Of a DNA stretch of 64,000 bases, positions 59,786-64,000 are shown in pieces. The position numbers and the translations under genes were made by a program. How positions within the stretch are numbered: position 1 is the first letter of the stretch; the number at the start of each line of letters is the position of its first letter. Location of the stretch: IMG/VR virus record IMGVR_UViG_3300022668_000040, positions 1 to 64,000 of that record; one strand, given 5' to 3'. This stretch comes from a virus. Under the pieces are notes generated by a model. That model ran no database searches. It had not been told where the DNA came from and worked only from the letters and a program-made list of their open reading frames with translations.

Positions 59786-59918
59786 TTATGGACAAAATGT
59801 GAAAAATGAGTATTCTTTAGACTATTGCTCTACCAGCTGAGCTACACCTTCTGTGAAGATGAATGGACTCGAACCATCGACAAACAGTTTTCAGTAATCA
59901 TTTTTCTTCGGCCCATAA
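59786..59918 (-). ncRNA. yrlA: YrlA-type Y RNA (tRNA mimic) (Y-b)
   Basis: UUAUGGGCCGAA/UUUGUCCAUAA Ro helix; T arm GAUGG-UUCGAGU-CCAUU; CAUCUUC-ACA-GAAGGUG; D arm GCUC-AGCUGGUA-GAGC. Confidence 0.85.
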
Positions 59919-59926
59919 ACTTGTAA

Positions 59927-59988
59927 TTGAGCAAATTGCATATTTGGAGGACATCATTAACAGTGATAACCAAATACCTTCGGCCCAA
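59927..59988 (-). ncRNA. minimal Y RNA-like displaying a tRNA-Asn(GUU) anticodon stem-loop (Y-a)
   Basis: UUGGGCCGAAG-GUAUUUGG-U-UAUCA-CUGUUAA-UGAUG-UCCU-CCAAAUAU-GCAAUUUGCUCAA. Confidence 0.75.
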
Positions 59989-60002
59989 ATTTGTAAAAGT
60001 AC

Positions 60003-60060
60003 CCACCTGCCACCTAGAGTGATATGTGCCACACTATGCGGCGAGATAAGTGGCAGGTGG
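60003..60060 (-). ncRNA. closed hairpin unit sharing the UUAUC motif
   Basis: Perfect 11-bp CCACCUGCCAC/GUGGCAGGUGG, followed by UUAUC; inner GCCGC/GUGGC hairpin. Confidence 0.5.
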
Positions 60061-60067
60061 TATTAAA

Positions 60068-60126
60068 TTCGGATCAACGGGGGAGGAATGGGTTGTGAGA
60101 GCCGTTTTATTTCCCGCTGATCCGAA
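60068..60126 (-). ncRNA. closed hairpin unit with an anti-SD-like loop
   Basis: 14-bp UUCGGAUCAGCGGG/CCCGUUGAUCCGAA (G-U only on the - strand); loop ends CCCAUUCCUCC. Confidence 0.5.
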
Positions 60127-60143
60127 ACTCATTTCTTATACAC

Positions 60144-60172
60144 AAAATACTCTAAAACATTTTTTGTGTCAA
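60144..60172 (-). promoter_or_regulatory. sigma70-like promoter ahead of the RNA array and rsr
   Basis: TTGACA (60172-60167), 17-nt spacer, TATTTT (60149-60144), 17 nt before the first hairpin. Confidence 0.6.
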
Positions 60173-60188
60173 CAGAAAAAAACTACAT

Positions 60189-60509
60189 CTAATCTTTTTC
60201 ATATACTTTGCTAGTTCTACGCATCAACTCTTGTAATAATTCATCCTCAGAAAATTGTGACAAAGACATAGCATTTTCTTCAGATACAGTACAGGTAAGT
60301 TCAGAAGTTTCTTCAATCTTATCCATAGATGAACAGATTGCTTTAAGTATAGGGAGACCAGAACATACAGACCTTATGTAGGGGCCATTATGTGCAGATC
60401 TATACTCATACTCAGGAAGATCTACTTCCATAGAAATTAGTCCACATACATATATTCCTTTGTTGGTGTGTAAATGTAGTTCCCCGTGCAATTGGTATGT
60501 GTCCTTCAT
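60189..60509 (-). CDS. hypothetical protein
   Basis: ATG 60509 overlaps the upstream stop; AAGGAG SD; C-terminal SLSQFSEDELLQELMRR. Confidence 0.6.
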   Translation of the reverse strand: MKDTYQLHGELHLHTNKGIYVCGLISMEVDLPEYEYRSAHNGPYIRSVCSGLPILKAICSSMDKIEETSELTCTVSEENAMSLSQFSEDELLQELMRRTSKVYEKD

Positions 60510-60934
60510 TTCTTTCTCCTTGCTATTCCTATAAATTTCCAAACATCTTGCCATTTAGCTATCATTTGGGCATCCTCATCAATATGTAACCTGAATATAC
60601 ACTGCCCTTTATCTCCCTCAATGGACATAACTGTAGATAATTTTGAAAATGGTCCTTCTAAGAAACACCCGTGAAACCCGTCCGGGCTTATCCCTATAGC
60701 ATATTTTACACTGGTATGATATTTTAATTCCTCTTTTCTAGGAGAAGGAAAAGGCCCTATCCATCCATAAACAGGACCTCTAAAGTGCTGGTCGGATCTT
60801 GGATAATACCAAGTATTCTCTTCCAGCATAAATACCATTAATTCTTTGGAAAGAATTTCACACTCTGTTCCAAATAAATCAGTGTATATCAGGTACACCC
60901 CAGATTTTTTTGGATTTTCATTTTGTATTTTCAT
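60506..60934 (-). CDS. hypothetical protein
   Basis: Translationally coupled 142-aa ORF. Confidence 0.6.
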   Translation of the reverse strand: MKIQNENPKKSGVYLIYTDLFGTECEILSKELMVFMLEENTWYYPRSDQHFRGPVYGWIGPFPSPRKEELKYHTSVKYAIGISPDGFHGCFLEGPFSKLSTVMSIEGDKGQCIFRLHIDEDAQMIAKWQDVWKFIGIARRKK

Positions 60935-61827
60935 ACTTTTTCATTACATAATATATGCCAATCTTCAATTTTACCAAGTATGGATTTGAACCCATATCTG
61001 TTGCAAATATCTTTTATCGACGATATAGTTACGTGGTCATCCTGTAAAACATATCTAGGAGTGCCCGCAAACGGTAATTTTACCAATTTTCGATTATGCT
61101 TTACTCGGATATGTCCAGCTGGCCTTTCTATAGCTTTATAGGCCTTATAATGTGCAGGAAGCTCCCCGCGTAAGTATTTTAATGCAGTTACTTCCCCCAC
61201 TCTCATTCTTTTCTTTGTTTTATCCGATTGTGGAATTGGTATTCCCAACACATTATCTGAGGAACATCCTCCAATTGCTTTTACCTCACCCCATAATTTT
61301 GGAGATATTTTATACTTATTGGAAAAGCTAGATAAAGTAAAAGGCATATTTGTTCTCGTATCAATTATGGATACATTTTTTGTTAATAATTGATACATGT
61401 CTTTATCCCCGCTATAAATAACAATTTGTTCATAGGAGTATGAATCACATATTGAAGCTATGATATCATCAGCTTCAAATCCAGGCGCTCCAAAAATATT
61501 AGAAAATCCTAGTTCTTGCAAAAGTTTTGTTTCTATCTCTGCAAATTGCGGATATGCCAGGGCATCAAGAGCCATCTGCTCTTCTGTCTTATTTTTACTT
61601 CTTTTTTCTTTGTATATTTTTGATAATTTTTTTCTATGACTTTCTTGACTGTCCAAAGCAAACACTACTTTAGTTGGTCTCACCTTCCTAAATAAATAAG
61701 GAAGATTCATCATAAAACCATATATTACAAATGTTGGTTTATCTTCATTCGATAATCTATGTTTACCCAAACTAAACTTTACTGCATGCAGTATAGCACT
61801 CAAATCGATTACAAGTATTCTTTCCAT
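60931..61827 (-). CDS. 5'-3' exonuclease / flap endonuclease (T4 RNase H, Pol I N-terminal-like)
   Basis: LVIDL, FALD, YK..R, GFEADD, SGDKD.YQL, GCSSDNV.G; probable start MERILVID at 61827. Confidence 0.85.
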   Translation of the reverse strand: MERILVIDLSAILHAVKFSLGKHRLSNEDKPTFVIYGFMMNLPYLFRKVRPTKVVFALDSQESHRKKLSKIYKEKRSKNKTEEQMALDALAYPQFAEIETKLLQELGFSNIFGAPGFEADDIIASICDSYSYEQIVIYSGDKDMYQLLTKNVSIIDTRTNMPFTLSSFSNKYKISPKLWGEVKAIGGCSSDNVLGIPIPQSDKTKKRMRVGEVTALKYLRGELPAHYKAYKAIERPAGHIRVKHNRKLVKLPFAGTPRYVLQDDHVTISSIKDICNRYGFKSILGKIEDWHILCNEKV

Positions 61828-61831
61828 AATA

Positions 61832-61863
61832 ATAATGCCGCCTAATTTCTCAGGCGGCATTAT
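61832..61863 (-). terminator. GC-rich hairpin between genes, directly before the exonuclease start
   Basis: ataatgccgcct-aatttctc-aggcggcattat. Confidence 0.5.
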
Positions 61864-61882
61864 GCAGAAGGGCGCTATTTGA

Positions 61883-62383
61883 TTACTCAAACAGTAGATC
61901 GATAACTTCTTCTCGCAGATCTGCGAGCTTTGCCTTTGTATCAACCCCATCTGTGAGATCTTCATCCTCAATCAGCTGGAGCAAATCCTTCTTGCTCATC
62001 TTTTGGATATCTTCAGGAAGGATATCATCTTCTTCGCCACCTTCAGCCCCCTCCTCTGGATCATCTTCTGGATCATCTTCATATACTTCAGAATCGTACC
62101 CAGGCTGTCCTGCATCCTCAACTCCAAATTTCTCGGCCATATCAGCTGCTTTTTCTTCCAGCATAGCAGTAAGCTCTTCATACACAGCGTCTGTAGCCTG
62201 CTGAATATCCTCATCATCTTTGATATTTTTTGTCAGCCCAATTGAAATTTTTGGATTTCCAAATTCTCCAGATGTTCCAACCATCACTGAGAGTCTGCGA
62301 TCCTCAGAAAATTCTGCGGAGCAGGGTTCTGGAGTAGTAGTTGCTTTCTTTGGGGATTTGCCAGTTGTTGAACGTCGTCTCAT
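61883..62383 (-). CDS. acidic protein with C-terminal HeH/Rho-N-like helices
   Basis: D/E-rich linker; EDIQKMSKKDLLQLI. Confidence 0.6.
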   Translation of the reverse strand: MRRRSTTGKSPKKATTTPEPCSAEFSEDRRLSVMVGTSGEFGNPKISIGLTKNIKDDEDIQQATDAVYEELTAMLEEKAADMAEKFGVEDAGQPGYDSEVYEDDPEDDPEEGAEGGEEDDILPEDIQKMSKKDLLQLIEDEDLTDGVDTKAKLADLREEVIDLLFE

Positions 62384-62384
62384 A

Positions 62385-63557
62385 TCAATACCTTTTTTTC
62401 CTTTTTGGTTTTAATTTACGAATGGCTTCGTCATATGCTGCTTGGCACAAAGAAAATAAATCTTCATGCAAATTATGTTCTTCGATATACATCACACTTT
62501 CTTTAAGAGTTCTATCGACCTCCCTTTTTTTACTGTCTATTTTTTTAGGAATAAAACCTAGAGAATTTAATTTTTCTCCATTTTTTTTCCATTTTTTTTC
62601 ATTTAACAAAAAGAGAACACAGGCAGTGGTATTATCTAATCCGTATCCATACAGACTTGAAAAAAATGCAGATCCCTTCCCGCCTGTTAGTTTATTTTTC
62701 TCCACTTTTGCCTGAATATCAGTGACACTTATTCGGTTATTGGTTTTTGTATTCTTAACACATGCCAACCAGATCTCATGCGCAGAATAAAAGCGAAGGG
62801 CTTTTCCCCCAGACCGTGTTTTTGGGGAGAACATAGCCCCAAATCCGATATTTTCTCTAACCTGGGAGATTATAACCACCAAAGACTCTGTTTGCTTTAT
62901 CCCCTGAGTTCTGAGAGAAAACATCTCAGAAGCTTTTTTAGCTTTACCATCTCCGTAGCTACCTGTGGATTCTTTGCCAGAATCACGAAGCTTTCTATTC
63001 TTTACATCCTTTTCTTGAGCAGCTTCCGAAGTTAATGCATCAAAACTGTCAAGAATGTAAATAAAAGGAACTCCCGTAGCAATAGCTTTTGCTAGATTGT
63101 CAGAAAAATCTTCTATTGTAACACTCTGGTGTAATCCGTCATAAGTAGTCTTTTCCTTCGTCTGAGCAATAGCTGCTAAATCCTCCATACGATCAACAAC
63201 TGCATTTCCAAATAATGCTTGTATATTGAACGCATTTGCTGCTTCAACATCATCATATATGAAACGGTAATGACCAAATCTTTCATATATTGACATCTCT
63301 GCAAATATGGTAAATCCTAGCAGGGTTTTTCCTGCATGACTATCACCTATTATATTTACTATTGTTCCCGGACAAAATGCCCCTTCTACCCTTCCAGAAC
63401 ATTCCAAATTAAGGGGAGTAATTCCTGTTGGAATTAATTTTAATGGATCAATAATAATAGGCACATCTGTTTCATTAACAAATTGAGAAAATCCTTCGGT
63501 GATATCTTCTGGAGATCCTTTCTCAATTTTTTTTAAACGTCTCCTTGGTCTAACCAT
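62385..63557 (-). CDS. RecA/UvsX-like recombinase
   Basis: IPTG, Walker A GDSHAGKT, D.E.A, ILDSFDAL, ISQVRENIG, SGGKALRFYS, KNKL. Confidence 0.88.
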   Translation of the reverse strand: MVRPRRRLKKIEKGSPEDITEGFSQFVNETDVPIIIDPLKLIPTGITPLNLECSGRVEGAFCPGTIVNIIGDSHAGKTLLGFTIFAEMSIYERFGHYRFIYDDVEAANAFNIQALFGNAVVDRMEDLAAIAQTKEKTTYDGLHQSVTIEDFSDNLAKAIATGVPFIYILDSFDALTSEAAQEKDVKNRKLRDSGKESTGSYGDGKAKKASEMFSLRTQGIKQTESLVVIISQVRENIGFGAMFSPKTRSGGKALRFYSAHEIWLACVKNTKTNNRISVTDIQAKVEKNKLTGGKGSAFFSSLYGYGLDNTTACVLFLLNEKKWKKNGEKLNSLGFIPKKIDSKKREVDRTLKESVMYIEEHNLHEDLFSLCQAAYDEAIRKLKPKRKKRY

Positions 63558-63562
63558 AAAAC

Positions 63563-64000
63563 TTATCTCCGACGACGTTTGCGTCTCACGGGCCGGGAAG
63601 CAGTTGAAGTGGACCGTCTTCTCTTAGAAGAGCTATCTGACGATTTTCTTCTTCTGGAATATCTTTGGTTTTTTCTTTCTTCATCAGTATATAAGGGCAC
63701 ATCATCTCCAGCTGACATTGACACCCTATCATCAAATCCTTCTTCCTCTTCTTCCTCCTCTTCATCAATAAGTTTCATTTCCTTCAATGTTCCAAGAAAT
63801 GCCTCATTGATTTCATTATACGAAGGATGCATATTAACTATGGAATCAAGAGGGAACGTTTGATCAAGAATTCTATCTGGTATAGGCCCTTCACGATCAA
63901 GCAGCTTATGCCCTACATACTCAGTATCCCTGCCTTTACCAACTCGCTCCCATGACAAAGATTTTCCAGTATCAATATCAGAAAAATCTACATATCCTCC
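63563..64000 (-). CDS. probable gp32-like ssDNA-binding protein, C-terminal part (starts beyond the window)
   Basis: Frame open to the window edge: DFSDIDTGKSLSWERVGKGRDTEY, acidic tract; upstream of the RecA-like gene. Confidence 0.55.
   Translation of the reverse strand, partial: GGYVDFSDIDTGKSLSWERVGKGRDTEYVGHKLLDREGPIPDRILDQTFPLDSIVNMHPSYNEINEAFLGTLKEMKLIDEEEEEEEEGFDDRVSMSAGDDVPLYTDEERKNQRYSRRRKSSDSSSKRRRSTSTASRPVRRKRRRR

Noticed and set aside
59504-59918. Two ordinary tRNA genes or pseudo-tRNAs (TTCRA and D-loop motifs)
   Set aside because: The T arm precedes the D arm, the acceptor stem is closed by a loop, there is no CCA, and both sit inside Ro-binding helices, so YrlA fits better
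58690-60130. CRISPR array
   Set aside because: No identical direct repeats with regular spacers; units share structure, not sequence; no cas genes in the window
61828-61971. N-terminal extension of the exonuclease given in the ORF track
   Set aside because: Overlaps the upstream gene and a hairpin; the nuclease motif begins at MERILVID (61827)
1520-63958. Stop-codon reassignment
   Set aside because: Genes are full length and tightly packed under code 11; no suppressor tRNA seen
1-64000. Integrase, repressor or host flanks indicating a prophage
   Set aside because: None recognised in this window; lifestyle cannot be determined

Overview
64 kb of an AT-rich tailed dsDNA phage genome with a long non-contractile (siphovirus-like) tail. 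The + strand (about 1.5-43.9 kb) carries packaging, head, tail and lysis genes: TerS, an inserted DNA methyltransferase and Ntn-protease, TerL with a class-3 LAGLIDADG intein, portal, scaffold, P22-like capsid, tail tube, frameshifted tail chaperones, a 2695-aa tape measure protein, tail-tip and LamG adhesin proteins, and an SleB-like endolysin. The - strand (43.9-64 kb) carries replication, recombination and nucleotide-metabolism genes: J-domain protein, ThyX, dNMP kinase, a split SbcCD, HU, DNA ligase, Endo VII, dCMP deaminase, a 5'-3' exonuclease, a RecA-like protein and a partial SSB. The most striking element is a - strand unit at about 56.3-60.2 kb. A sigma70-type promoter precedes a tandem array of about 11 self-closed structured RNAs, then a Ro60/TROVE (Rsr) gene, a tRNA(CAU) and another ~172-nt closed RNA. 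Four array units have the bulged-C Ro-binding helix of Y RNAs: two are tRNA-mimicking YrlA-type RNAs and two are minimal, one of which displays a perfect tRNA-Asn anticodon stem-loop. Other units present a 7x GCYU repeat loop, a pseudoknot or an anti-Shine-Dalgarno-like loop. My inference is that this is a phage Ro60-RNA decoy or adaptor library acting against host RNA-targeting defences. All RNA structures were folded by eye and no database searches were run.
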